A stretch of 64,000 nt of DNA from Amoebidium appalachense (Eukaryota > Protista > Ichthyosporea). This document shows positions 31,764-63,919 of the stretch, one piece after another. The stretch is taken from the NCBI GenBank assembly GCA_963693365.1, contig CAVNZM010000002.1:14479615-14543614 (forward strand). Direction: 5' to 3'. A program made the position numbers and the translations under genes. Every line of letters starts with the position of its first letter. Positions within the stretch are counted from its first letter, which is position 1. The notes beneath the pieces are model-generated. The model had not been told where the DNA came from. It worked only from the letters and a program-made list of their open reading frames with translations, and did no database searches.

Positions 31764-33292
31764 TTATGATATCTGTGCGTCCGAAAGAGACGCCACCCCT
31801 ACTGGGCCCACCGGGGTGTCCAGCTGCTTTCCGTCGTACGTGGCCGTACACTGAGCATTGATGCGCAGCAGCCGCAGGGTGGCCTCGAAGTCCTTCTTCT
31901 TGGGGTTGAGCTGGCCCTCGACTGTCCCTGTTGGCAATTTGTTAGTCTTAACAGGCTTATAAGGTTTCGAGAGCACAAAGTTTAACCAATATTGAGGCCT
32001 TTACTAGGGGTGTCGATTCAGGATGCCTACGGTGATAGTAAAGTGCAACACATAAGGGAGTTCGGTCTCTAGAGGTTAAAAAAAAGAGTGACTGCCAAGA
32101 CCTGCGTCAACTTGGTCAAAACATAATTCAGAAGGGTTCGCATTTGTTGCTTTAAGCCTCAGGATTCTTATTAAATTTACCAAGTACCTTTTAATGAATT
32201 CGCTTGACAAATGGTCATTGGTCCCGTCCACGATAATAAATTAAATGCGTGTGTTCAGAATCTGAGGCCGCAGTATTACTAATCCGATTTCTTAAAGGCC
32301 CGAACTTCAACTTGAAGTTCAAGTCACGGCCGAGAAGCTCATCGCAAGGGAACCCACAATCAATCCGATGACCTGTTCAACTTGTGTTACAACGGTTACA
32401 ACACTGAGCCCCCCCCCCCTCCCCCCCCCCCCCCCCCCCTCTTTTTTTCCCCTTCTTCTCAACTTTCTCTCTCCCCCTGGAGTCTCTCCAGTCTTAAAAA
32501 ATAACAAAAAACACGGCCGCTTCAAGTTAGAGTCTCTCGGTCCGGGACGAGACTCTCTGAAATTCTCTTTCCCTTGAAGTTTCCTCTCTGTCACTCTTTT
32601 ACCCCCCCCCTTCCCAACCCCATCCCCCGCGGGTCCCCCTCTCCTCCCCCCTCCGGTGACCCGGGCCCCCGCTGTTTTTCGCTCTTTGTGTATGTACATA
32701 TGTGCGTTGTCACGGTATGAGTCAGACGGCATCCCTGCCTCTTTGTGTGGGTGTGAGTAGGGGTGTGCACGTACTTTGGTGGCCGTGTACAGTCACGTGC
32801 ATGCCGGCGAGGGCGTCAGGTGGCGGCTGCAGCACCTCCACCTGGCTACGGTCTGCACTGCTGGCAGCCAATAGCATCCCGTGGCTCTTGATTCCCCGCA
32901 TACTGCACAAGAGGAGGGTATGAGAAATATGTTAATATGGAAGCTCGTGTGACATCAGATTCTGTGGGCTTTATGGACATAACAGCAAGAGTTTGAAGTA
33001 AATAACGTCATGTCGGAACTTCGTCATACTACTGTGCCGTGCACACGGTAGGGCCATATCTGACGACCGTTACAAAGGTAGTACTCCGGGGTGGGGTGGC
33101 CCCAATGTGTGTTTGTGGGAACGGTTGTGTGTGTGACGGTGTGACACGTGTGCCGGTGTGTGTGTGTGTTTGGGGGGGGGGGGGAGGGGGAGGGGGGGGG
33201 GGGGGGGGGGGAGGGGGTTGAACAGGAGAGAGTCTCACACACAGAGAGAGAGACCTGGTCCAGGCCCAACGGGGTGTGTGTGAGGGATGGGG

Positions 33293-33323
<31 letters not shown>

Positions 33324-33440
33324 AGGGAGGAAAAGAGAGAGAGAGAGAGGGAGAAAGAGAGAGTCTCAGAGCGTGAGTGCCACAATGTCATGTGACATTA
33401 TTATGGCCGGGGGGGGGGGGGGGGGGGGGGGGAAGGGGGA

Positions 33441-33473
<33 letters not shown>

Positions 33474-33482
33474 AAGAGAGCC

Positions 33483-33513
<31 letters not shown>

Positions 33514-35370
33514 AGAGCGAGAGAACACAAGTGTGGAACATACCTTGCAGGCTTAAGGTTACACAGCACCACCACAAGTTGATCCTGTATCGAAAGAGTG
33601 ACACACATGAAGGTCAGTATACGTTATCGAGCAAAAATAGATAAATTGGGAAGCTGTAAAAATGAGATGGTTGAATATTGCACTTAAATTCACAAAAGGC
33701 CGTAATTATTGGGTAATTCAGGCCTGGTAGAATAACATGTGATGGCCGTGCATGATAGATACAGCAAACAAATCCAAATTGACGTACGCCGCGTGGAAAC
33801 TTGAACAAAAAGCCAAAAAATCATCGATCCGCTAAACGGGTGGGGACATCATATGGGACATCACAAGAATCATTATTGATAAGCCGACCGGCGATCTGAG
33901 CCACAAAATCTGAGCCACTTTTGTGGCTCGAATGACCTAGTTGCGCGCGATCCCTACAAGCGGTAGTAAACATACAAAACTCACAAAACAAACTACACAC
34001 CGACGTTGTTGACAACCTAACGGTCACGCAGACACCAAGAACACGAAGTTTTGTCTCTAATGTCTGCTTCATACTGTGCTGCGAACTTGGGGTTGCAAGC
34101 GAAGAATTTGATTTTCTAGACGAATTTTTGGTTCTGTTCGAAATATTGCCTCTCCACGGTGTGCTACGCCCTAAAATAATTAGCAGAAAACAAAGAGGAT
34201 AGTATTGGCATGCTACCTGCAAAGTTTGAAGGTTTTACGTCGTCATTTCACTGAGATCACATAGAGTAGCGTTCTGCAACGGATAGCCGACTTCCACCGG
34301 AAATGGTGGTCGGCAGTCGGGCGGAATCGAGTCAAATTGGGCTCTCTGGACAAGTTTTTGGTTATGTCAAAATATATGTGCTTCAAGGTGCGCGGAACCC
34401 TTTAAAAAGTAGCAAAAAGCAAAGAATAATGTACTAGCATGCTAGGGGCAAAATTTGGAGGCTTTGTGTTGACTTTTCATCGAGTTCGCTATGTAGCATT
34501 CTCAAGGGGTTCATCCGCTTCCGGCAGAAATCTGGGCTGAAATCAATCTGTCGACTGCCGAGGAATGCCAAATAAAAAACGATACCCGAGTTGGTTGGCA
34601 AGCCCTGGCGCCCTTGTTTATTACACCAATCACCTTGGTCCAGAGACAAAAAAGGCAGGAAACCTCAGCAGCTAACTGGGGTATTACCAAGAAAGCGCGG
34701 GCAACTCTCGACCACTAAGCTGCAGGGGTGGTCGTCCGGTACGAACCACTTTAGTGGCTATTTCGACCCATTCGAGCCACTAAAGTGGCTCGCGGTCGAC
34801 TTATCAACATGCCATAGCCACATTACTCAACAAGAAAATAAACTGGAGCTGCACGCCAGAGGAACAAACTTACTCTTTTGGAAAAGAGAGAGGGGGGGGG
34901 GGGGGGGGGGTGGGTGGGTGGGGGGGGGGGGGGGGGGGGGGGGGGGGGAGCCCGTTATAACAGTTGCACTAATTATAAGTAATGGCCCAAGAGTGACTAG
35001 CAATGGAAATGGAATGCAGAGGGAAGAAGAGCGGGTAGCATGTGTTACGTTGAAATCGCCGTGACACCGATCGAAAGTCAATGATAACAGCTTTTAGTTA
35101 GTTTTTCTTTTTTTTGGCGGGGGGGCCCCCGAAGGAAAGGGGGGGGGGGGGGGGGGGGGGGGGGGGTCTGTATATATGCCGCAGTACAAAGGGCAAAAAC
35201 AAAAAAGTGATGGAAAACCCGACACTGAGCAAAGACATGCAGAAATGAACACAAAGAGTATGCAACTTGAACGTGCGCGGGGAGGGGAGGGGGGAGGGGG
35301 GGGGGGGGGGTTGAATGCATCATAAAGCACGAAGTACACAAGAACAACGGATAACACCATGCAGAATGCA

Positions 35371-35421
<51 letters not shown>

Positions 35422-35624
35422 GTGTTTCTGAGTACTGGGTTTTCGAATTCTCGGTGGAAAGAATACCCCGATGTGCAAAATTACAAGAAAATGAGGCAGA
35501 CTGTGTGTGAGGCTGTACCTGGAGGCGATCTTGGGGGATGAATTTAACCAACCCACTGACTATGGTGCGTGGGCCCTGAGGATCCCCAACATCCACCTGC
35601 AAGCCCTCGGTTATTTCATGATCT

Positions 35625-35655
<31 letters not shown>

Positions 35656-36192
35656 AAAAACAAAAAACCAAAAAAAACAAAAAAAAAAAACCACAGACAT
35701 CCTTCCACCTACCCACCCAGCCAAGCAGGACTCCGACACCACAACCACCACCTGGTCCACCATAGAACCACAAAACGTAACATTATTATAATCAACTGAG
35801 ATGCCCCCTTCCCTCCCTTCCCCCCACCCCCACCCCCCACCCCCTTCTCCTCCTCCTCCTTTTATACGCGCGCGCACACACGGCAGGGAACCCGAGGCCT
35901 GATTAAACCGAATTACCATAGGCGGGCAGTGCAAGTACTAAGCCGTGGCCTCCACTCACCTAAACAATGTAATGAGGACTATCATACCCCGGCCCGGGCC
36001 CAAGAAACTCACATGCCAAAAAAAAGATCACGAATATTGGCAGGAACATGTCTTTGTCTTTCCAAGTGGCAGTAAGACCCCAAGGTGCCCAACGCCCCCC
36101 CCCCCCCCCCCCCAAAAAAAAACAAACAAAAAAAAAAAAACACACACACACACACACAGACACACGCACACACAGACACACAGACACACGCG

Positions 36193-36239
<47 letters not shown>

Positions 36240-37071
36240 CACACCCACACCCACACCCACACCCACATCCCAAGGAATTGTCACAGACTTTCAAGGCACA
36301 TGGTCCTTACAGGTTTGCCGATGACCAATCAGCTTTGGAATCCAGGTCGCCAAATTGAAGGCGCTCCAATAAAAAACTTGCATTGAAGAGCGCGGCAAAC
36401 ATATTTGATTGGAGCGCTTTCAATTTATCCAATCATTCGAGACTCCGGCAAATCGATTTGCATTCTCCATTTAGCTTTCAAATCTGACTTCCAAATTGAA
36501 GGCGCTCCAATCAAACAGCTTCAAATGAACCAATGAGATTAAGAGTCAAAAATGTGTTTGCCCCACTCTACCAATGGCACGTGAAGTGGTTCATGGCAAA
36601 GTCTGTGACTATTCCTTGCCATGCACCCACACACACACCATCACTACAAAAAAAAAAAAAAAGACTTCTGTAGCCGAAGGGCTAAAGTTTAAAGACACTT
36701 CGCTGCAAGGGGCAAGCTAACACAACACACGAACTATCTTCATCACAGCCACACAAAACAGACCCGGCTCTCTAGCACACAGCATCCGGAGGGGCGAGGG
36801 GGGGGGGGGGGGGGGAGGGGGGGGGGGGGGGTTTACAGAGTACGAATTACACATTCGCGATCGACAACATGATGCAAGAAAGAGGAGGGGAGGAGGGGGG
36901 AGGGGCGAGGGACGGGGGGAGGGGAAAGGGGGGGGGGGGGGGGGGGGGGGGGGCACCTGCTCCACATAGAGTGAGTCTGCGTCTTTGTGCTTTTCAATAG
37001 ACACAATTCGACCCACCCTCATGTCCCACTTCTCAATGTTGGGCACTACAGGCGCGGAAAAGAGTGAGTGA

Positions 37072-37111
<40 letters not shown>

Positions 37112-37193
37112 GCGTGTGCGTGTGCGTGTGCGTGTGCGTGTGCGTGTGCGTGTGCGTGTGCGTGTGCGTGTGTGTGCGTGCGTGCGTGCGTGC

Positions 37194-37226
<33 letters not shown>

Positions 37227-37514
37227 CGCACGCGCGTGTGTGCGACAGTGTTGTATGTCCTTTCCTGGGGGGAGGGAGGGGGGGGAGAGGTTATAATGGG
37301 TTTGGGTGGGGGGGGGGGGGGGGGTTTAAAAGCAGTGACGGATCAGCAGCACACCAACAAGCCGAATGTTCTAAAGCTCGAGACACCAGCCATGAGACCA
37401 TATAAAGGGTTCGGTTGGGAGGGGGTCATTAGCTCAATTTTTGTCTTAAGCTCTGAAGTATAACGTTTTTTTTCTTTTTTGGTGAAGGAGGGGGGTCTCA
37501 GGGGTGCCAAAGAA

Positions 37515-37554
<40 letters not shown>

Positions 37555-38230
37555 AGCACAGAAGGGGTCAGAGGGGTAGGGGGAGTATATGCCATAGAGG
37601 GAAATACCAGAACCATGTAGATCTGAAGAGGACGACAAAAGTGAAGCAGGAAAAAGAACCACCACCAGATATGTGCATGCGAGAGACATAGTCAGAGCCC
37701 ATATATCAGCCTAGAGTGCTCTCATATGTCTGTCTGCAAGAGAACCATAGGAGAAGAGACGTGTAGAATGTAATAGAAAGCCGAAGTACCGACAGTTACA
37801 CCGAAGACAATGAACACACACAGTCCTGTACACACGATTTCAGACATGAAAATATCATACTTCCCCAGGGGGAGGGGGGGGGGGGGGGTATGACAACACC
37901 CTAGGGCATGGTCTTACTCATCTCTGTCATGGACTATTATGAACATTGCTAGTGAACAACAATACTACACTGCAGAAGGTCTAAGTATGGAAAGAAGAAG
38001 GCGTGTCCAGGATATACGCACCTGCCTGCTGTTGTTTTTTCTGGTTGCTGGCTCCGGCACTTGGGTTCTCGGGTTTTGGTTCCTGGCTCTGGGTGTGGTT
38101 ACCCCTGTGCTGCAAGAGATGAGAACGAAACTTTGACCCATAGATTTAACAGAGAGATTTTGTTTTTGGGCAGGTACACGAATCTTGTTTTGCAGGGCAG
38201 ACGGACAGCAGGGAGACACACAGCAGGGTG

Positions 38231-38264
<34 letters not shown>

Positions 38265-38338
38265 GGGTGCAAGGGTTAGAGAGGGAGAGAGCAGGGAGGG
38301 AAGGAGGGAGGGAGGGAGGGAATGAGAGGGGGGGGGGG

Positions 38339-38409
<71 letters not shown>

Positions 38410-38656
38410 AAGAGAGAGAGAGAGAGGGGGGGGGGGGGGGGGGGAGGGGGGGGGGGAGGAAGTCGTGTGATTAATTTCAAGTAGCTGAGGTAAGAAGGGA
38501 AAAGGATACTGAGGGCATCAATACCTGTGTCAAGCTTACAAAGTTGAACCGTAAAGCTAAGGCTCTGCCTCTGCAAGTAGCTGCTGCTCCTTTCCATATT
38601 GGTGCCCCATACAGAGCCATGCCACAGACAGGGTTGGCTAATCTCTGGCAAAACAT
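31764..38656 (-). CDS. Stand-alone EMAPII/Arc1p/AIMP1-like tRNA-binding OB-fold protein, 7 exons, with putative N-terminal targeting peptide
   Basis: Exons: 38656-38525, 38109-38022, 37045-36957, 35596-35519, 33584-33544, 32902-32775, 31927-31764; all in phase. Motifs [58 protein letters not shown] and QLNPKKK. The first two exons are less certain than the domain exons. Confidence 0.85.
33876..34807. mobile_element. Non-autonomous DNA-transposon-like insertion with imperfect terminal inverted repeats (intronic)
   Basis: Left end ttgataagccgaccg...gagccacttttgtggctcgaatg; right end cattcgagccactaaagtggctcgcggtcgacttatcaa. There is an internal diverged duplication of about 230-bp period and no microsatellites. 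No TSD identified. Confidence 0.65.
36271..36618. mobile_element. MITE-like element, 348 bp, with 21-bp TIRs
   Basis: caaggaattgtcacagacttt ... aaagtctgtgactattccttg (1 mismatch). Internal ccaaattgaaggcgctccaat occurs twice direct (about 36350 and 36491) and once inverted (about 36408). No clear TSD. Confidence 0.75.
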
Positions 38657-39504
38657 GATTGCTGCTCCAGACAGGAATAAGGAATGGTTTTTCAATATCC
38701 CCTCCTGCCAGTATTGACTGGGCAAGATTGCTTTTAGTGGATTGAAAGGAAGTTTTGGGACGGACCGTTGAATTTTCGAACCACCCGGTGGCACTTCGAA
38801 TTCTGACGTCAACAGAGGGCCTGTGTCTGTCCTTGAGTCTTAAAGAAAGCTCTGCCGCTTTGTCGTGGCTGCTTCCAAATATGTAATCTATGAAACAATA
38901 AATCCCTAATTTAGCAGGATTGTGAATAAATACAAGGCATACGATTGGTCCCACTAGAATAAGTACGTTAAAGTACAGCAGACCCCCTCGCGTCTTTAAT
39001 CCTTTGGTGTCTCTTCACGGTGACACGGTTGTCCCGCTTCGAACACAACGTTCCTGTGTACGTGTCACGGCTGCGAACAAAGTACGACAGAGCCTCAACG
39101 CATCTAGTGATAACGTGCAGAGTTTCGTTTGGTTTGCACGCTGCTAACATAGTTACATATAGGCACTCTACACAAAGTCTTCTGATTCCACGGGCTACCT
39201 GGACACAAATATTTAGTGCGAGTTTATTTAGTTACTTAATTAGTGCAAGAATTTCGGACTGCTTACGACGCCGTCGGGTCAACAATTGAGGAAAACTTGC
39301 CAACAAAACCTGGTCTCCTGTATTTTGATATACCGTCCTCAGCCATACACACCATCGGTGGCGCATTTGTAGATTATCTCTTCATTTCTTCTCATTAGCA
39401 TCAACTTCCAGTACGTTTCCCATGTGCAAGGACGTGAAGGGTGATAGGTAGTTGTGAGATATTGAATGGTCGTGGATTTACTTTTTGTTCAGCCGGCTGA
39501 GAAG

Positions 39505-39955
39505 ATGGCGTCAACGCCCGTAATGAGGCCATCAGCCAGCAACACGGCGCTTAACAGAATTGGCTTCGAACAAGGTGGGTAGGAGGGTTTTCCCCAAAGC
39601 ATAAGTGTTATGTAAGACGCTTTCTATCACTTTATGTGCGGGGAAGAGGTTCAAGTGCTGTTCAGGTGCGTGTTTGCGAGTTTGCCTGTTCTCTTAGTTC
39701 TTCATGTGTGTGTGTGTGCGCGCGCGCGTGTGTGTGTTTTGGTGTGTTTGTGTGTGTGGGTTTGTCGTAGGGGGATGGATGGTGGTCAAGGGTATGGGTG
39801 ATAGCTTAATGGGCAAAAGCGGTAGAGGAGAGAGGGGGAGGGGGAAAGGAAGGGGAAAATGGTGGAGGGTAAGGGAGGGGGGGGGGGGGGAGGGGGGGAG
39901 ATACGCTGTGGAACAATAGAACAATGACAAGAGAATGGCCCAGGTGATACTCTTA

Positions 39956-39987
<32 letters not shown>

Positions 39988-40546
39988 GCTAAGAAGTAGC
40001 GAAGGGGTATGATTGCTACAAGAGCCTTTTATTTTCTTCGCTGTAGTTTGGACTTCTTTCTCTTTGACTTCTCTAGGTCCCCTTTGCCGTCCTTTTGGTT
40101 AGCTTTTGTTCCCACGCACGGGGAAGGGGGCAAGGGAAGAGGAGGGAGGGTTGGCAGAGAGTGGAAGATGGGGGGGGCAGGGGGGGAAAGGAAGTGTCGT
40201 GAAGCTATTAATGTGTTAAGGAACCTGATATTGAGCCGTTTTATGAGGAGGTATGGAAACGAAACTGTATTGGGGTGGTCACATGGGGTTTCCGGGCTTT
40301 TCGTAGATATCAAGCAGGGTGTTAATGGGTGCATGTCATAGTGGGCTGGCTGAACCTACGTCTTTCATAATGGCATTGCGGTGGTCACGTTTGTTTGTGT
40401 TTGTGCATCATGCTTTTTTTGGTGTGTTTGGGGAAAGGGAGGGGTGTTGAGTGGAAGGGAGGGGAAGGGGGGGGGGGGGGGGGGGTTGTTGTTGCTCTGG
40501 AAAGTGGCGAGGGTAGCCATGTTGAAGGGATCGAAAGTTGTGCGAT

Positions 40547-40588
<42 letters not shown>

Positions 40589-40772
40589 AAAAAAAAAAAA
40601 ATTAATTTGTATGCTTTGCACTCTGCATTGTGTTGTCGGTCATGAATGTGTGCTTTGTACTCTGTAAGACATCCCCCCCTCCCTTCCTGAACACGCACAC
40701 ACACCCGTTTTATTGTAGAGGCATGGAAATATACCTGATGATGGGCTCTGTAAGTGTCTTCTCCCTGCAAGA

Positions 40773-40804
<32 letters not shown>

Positions 40805-41274
40805 TTTTTTTGGGGGGGGGGGGGGGGGGGAGGTTGGCATTTTTGTTTTGCCTTTTTGACGTCTCCTCCTCCGTGATAGCAACACTCAAATGCATGCATC
40901 TTCCTCCGCCTCCCCCCCCTCCCCCCTGGGGAGGTCTACAAGTGTGTGGCTTCGTCTATGGGTTTGTGTTGCTTTGTTGTTGTGTATTCATTGTTGGAGG
41001 GTGTCCGGTGGTGTGGAAGAGGATTGCCAAATGTGGTGAGGGAGCTTGTTCGAGAAAAAGGCATTCGATTGGAACTTAATATCAGGAACTCCTGAAGGTG
41101 TGGGGGGTTACCAAAATACATGTGTATTTTCCTGAAGTTACACAAAAGCTGATATCAGTTCTACCCCCTCTCCTCCTCTCCCCTTACACACAGCCGCGCG
41201 CGCACACACACACACCCACAACACACGCACGCACACACGCGCGCGGCGCGCACACACACACACATACACTCTTT

Positions 41275-41358
<84 letters not shown>

Positions 41359-41980
41359 CCGTCTTGATCAACCAAGATGACCGAGACGATCACGATGATT
41401 CAGACATGCTCCCACGTCTTTCCCAGAGAGAGAGATTTGTTGCAGCCACAAACCGTTTTTTGTTATCACGGGCATATTTCCGGTTTTCCCTCCTTGTGAT
41501 TCTGCTAAGCATGGCTACACTCACCTGGTCCATCATTAATCCATATCCGGATTTGGTAACGTTTTGGGTTTTCGAGTCAATCATCGTCTCATGTATTAGC
41601 TTTGAGGTATGCCCTCCCTCCCCCACCACCCCCACCCCACCCCCTCCCTCCTCCCCCATTCCCCCCTTCCGATACACCACCGGCTTCCCTTTCCTCTTCC
41701 CCTCCTCTCAGGCACAGGCATGCACACACACACTCAACACACAAAAAGAAACCGGTTACTCGGCGGAACGAAGAGGTTCTTTCTGGAGCACATGCCTGTG
41801 TTTAGAAAAGGCCCCGGCGCAAACACACAGCCACACACCACCACGTGCATACACACACATGCTGACACCGGAATGCGCGCGCTCACGCAAACACACACGG
41901 CCGCGCGCGCACACATACACACAGCAAGCCGGCACACCTTCAGCATTATTAGCATTTACCATACTATTAGGCATGCACGC

Positions 41981-42051
<71 letters not shown>

Positions 42052-42089
42052 TACACACATACACCTGCACGCACGCACACACACAGGGT

Positions 42090-42139
<50 letters not shown>

Positions 42140-42976
42140 ACACGATTTGTCCTCTTCACAGGTAGACTTGAGTTGAGGGGCAGGGATGATGGTGGTGGTT
42201 GGAGGGGGGGGGGGGGGGGGGGGGGGGGGTGGTAAGGACTGGTTTCTGGTTTTTATCTTGTGACGTTTTCGTTTTGTCTTGTTTTCTTGGTCTTTGCCGC
42301 TATAATTGCAACCCTTCTGATGCAGATGTAACCCCCCCCCCCCCCCCCCAACACACACACACACACACACCCCACCACCACCTGCACCCACACATACCCC
42401 CCTCCCCCCCCCCCCCCCCCCCCCCCCCCCCACACACACACACAGACACACACACACACAAAGGGAAAAAAATAAGCCAGCGCGCACATGCAAACACTAA
42501 AGCCTCCCCTTCCCCCCCCCCCTCCCCTCCCCCTTGCGCCCTCTCTCCCTCCTTCCCTCCCTCTCGACACCACACATACACACCCACACTGAGGTATCCA
42601 ACCGCAAACACGCGCCATACACACACTCTATCACATATGCACACACACACACACACACACACAACCACATATCCACCCGCATGCACACGCACTACAGGTG
42701 TCTATCCGTATGATGGCGCTGGGGACTCGCAACTACCTCCGGCACTGCAGCAACAGGCTGGACCTGCTGTTGACGGTCTGCTGCATCTTCACACTGGGCC
42801 TGTATGCCCACGGCCTTCTTACCCACAATAGGCAACAGGCTGCACTGGAGGAGAAGGTCGAATTGGCAATTACCATATTTAGAAACGGTGTGCAGACGCT
42901 GAGGTTGTTCCAGCTGCTGAGAAACCAGCGGCAGCGGAATGTGAGGGAGGTCGACCTTGTGCGATTGATAAAGTAA
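39505..42976 (+). CDS. Four-TM voltage-sensor-like (Ion_trans S1-S4) membrane protein without a visible pore domain
   Basis: Exons 39505-39574, 41359-41606 and 42698-42976 join in phase. Four hydrophobic helices with S2 FE..IR, S3 NRLD and S4-like IFRNGVQTLRLFQLLR. The 3' end could splice further. Confidence 0.75.
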
Positions 42977-43429
42977 GGTTAGGGTTCCTCCAACTTCCTC
43001 GCCCTCTTGGAGTTCTTTACCTTTTATTTTTTATTTAAGCCTTAATATGTTAGTTTATGATATTTTAGTATTTAATGTTGTTTGAGGGTTGGGGGGGGGG
43101 GGGGGGGGGGGGGGGAGTGAGGACGGGGTTACTTTACATATGAAAGAAGTGAACTGCCTGAACAATTGTAGGCATGCATGTTTGATGCTGCTGTATGAAC
43201 TTGTTTGTTTTGATGCAGCGTAAGCTGGTGAGGACGTGTTAGAAGGTATATAGCGGTTTCGTGTGGTGGCTTGCATGCACGGTCCCTCAACTTACATAGT
43301 CGCTTCACAGAACCATGAGCTCTGGCAGATATCTTAATACAGTGCCACACACAGACACCCCCATAAAACGTGCGCGCACTGGCGCGCCCATGCATTCCTC
43401 TTTGTGCATGCACTGGGGCACAAGCGCAT

Positions 43430-43478
<49 letters not shown>

Positions 43479-44089
43479 CACACCTACACCTCAATCAGGG
43501 AGATACGCAAGCACCATCACATAGTCTAGCTTCGTATTTCCGGTTATGTCATTAGGCAGACTGGTGCCCCATGCTTGTGCCGTTGTTGTCATCTAGGCAG
43601 ATGCGCCTTTATGTAGGACTTGTGTATTAGTTTGTAGTAATAGTGTACGGGGTCACCTTGAGCGGAGCTTGCAGGGCAGCTCAGAGAAAGCGGGTTTCTT
43701 TCAAGTACACGTGTATTTGTAGTAAGCCAAAACCAGACATGGCTGTTTTGTAAATACATGAGGGATCATTTTTTATTTTGTTGGCCCAAGTTGGCCCTTA
43801 CGGCTGACAGCCTCAGGGGGCGTGTAACTTGGCATGTTTGCCTCTTGCAGACCAATGTCCTGCCCTTTCTTGGGCCGTTTGTGTCACAGGTCCTGCATCA
43901 AAATTGATCACCGCTCCCTCATGTGTCCTCTGGAGTAGGGGGAAACCCCCCTCGTATCTTTGTTTGCTCCACCTCCCTTTCTTTTCTCTTCCTTTCTATG
44001 TCTCTCCCTTTCTGGCCAGCCTGAGTGCTCGGCCGCGGCCGCGGCCAGAGAGCCTCTCAGGGTGCATAACGTGATCCGTTATTTCCAAA

Positions 44090-44600
44090 AAAAGTAATTG
44101 GGCCGTGATTGGCTTCGCTCAGATTCCACACTATCCTTATTTGGTTTCTTCGAACAAGAGCCCACCAACCAGATGCGTTGTGTAGTTTGAAAGCAACCAA
44201 TCATAGGGCGGCATTGCATACAACACAAACGCAACCGACGCCGTAACGTTTGAAGCACTTCAGTTGACAACACGACGTGCTTTCAAAGTCCGGCCGTTTG
44301 TGCGGACTGTGTTTGACTATACCTCCTCTTAGAGAGAGAGGGGATTATAGCAGGAGAACAGGATCGATAGAGATTCAAGGACTTAGGTTAAGTTATTGAG
44401 GAGGGTCTACTGACGTCGTTTCGCTCGGACCATTGGTCGCTTGCAATTATATATTGCACATTAACCATTGTTAGACGCGAGGGAGGGAGTCGATCTGAAG
44501 AGTTAGGTACATCAGGTATACGAAAGGTATAAGGCACAGCAAGAGTAATGCTGTAGACTCAAGCTGTCTTGCTTATAAACCACACAGAATTGCTATTTTT
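44090..44600 (+). promoter_or_regulatory. Putative promoter region of the HDAC gene
   Basis: Repeat-free, CpG-containing segment with CCAAT boxes (GATTGG near 44107, CCAATC near 44197) and CRE-like TGACGTC at 44411. Confidence 0.35.
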
Positions 44601-45400
44601 GCAGTGTTGAGCTCGTGTGCGGCTATTCAAACTAAGTACGCTATTGTCAACCGAACACCAACTTTCCCTTATAACGAAGATACGTGATTTAGGGGAAACA
44701 CTCGTCTACTTTCTTTGCCCAGTGGCGTGTACACGTTGTTCACTCGGACACGTGAGGAACTTTCTTAGCTACAAATCTAGACGGCGTGCAAGGTTCAAGA
44801 CTTCGAGTTTAGTTCCATATCGCTGTGTACAACAAAGGCAGTCTCGTCCCCATGGACCAAGCAACCAACAGGTAAGAGAGTCATCTGCTCCCACAGTAAC
44901 ATTTATGGGTCGCCCGTCTTCCCCTTCCTTCTCTCTCTCTCTCTCTCTCTCCCTCCCCCCCCCTCTCTCTCTCCCCCCCCCCTCTCTCTCCCCCTCCCCT
45001 TTCTCTCTCTCTCTGTCCCTCTCTCTCTCCCCCCTCCCTCGCCTTCCCCTCCTCTCTCTCTCCCCACCTTCCTCGCTCCCCCTTCCCCCGGTGTTTCACG
45101 TTAACCTTACTCTTTCTTTACCCTACGTTGGTTTTTGCTCTACGTTATGTTCCTTTGGACTTTATGGTGAGCGGCTCAGGCACTCTAAGGGTAACTAGAT
45201 CAAGCGAAAAGGACGTCCGTGTAGGTTGTGTGTGTGTAGCCCCTAGCCCACCAAGAACCAATCAAGCTGTTTAGACGCCCTCTGGCATGTTGCTTGCGAA
45301 AGTTTGGAAGAAGGCTCACGAGAACCTGCGTAATAGTTGGTTTTGGCTAATAATCTTTCTTGGAGTTGTGTTTTGCCACCTTCCTGCATCACGTGCTTCA

Positions 45401-45495
45401 GCTGATGACACCTGCATACCCAACTTCGCTTTAGCTGATAACACCTGCATACCCAACCTCGCTTTAGCTGATGACACCTGCATACGCAACCTCGC
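45401..45495. repeat. Minisatellite, about 3 x 33 bp
   Basis: gctgatRacacctgcatacScaacYtcgc units start at 45401, 45434 and 45467. Confidence 0.9.
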
Positions 45496-45642
45496 CGTTA
45501 AGTATCACCTAGTTCTCTTTATCTCAACTGGATACTTTCTTTGTGAACCCCGGCACACTTTTTTGCCTCTCCATTCTCTAACACGACATTTTCCTCTCTC
45601 CTTTCCACACAATTTAGGAGATTGTAATGTTTAACGGCAGAA

Positions 45643-63919
<18,277 letters not shown>

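Noticed and set aside
45401-45495. 33-bp repeats as a CRISPR-like array
   Set aside because: The units are contiguous with no spacers, the context is eukaryotic, and no cas genes are present.
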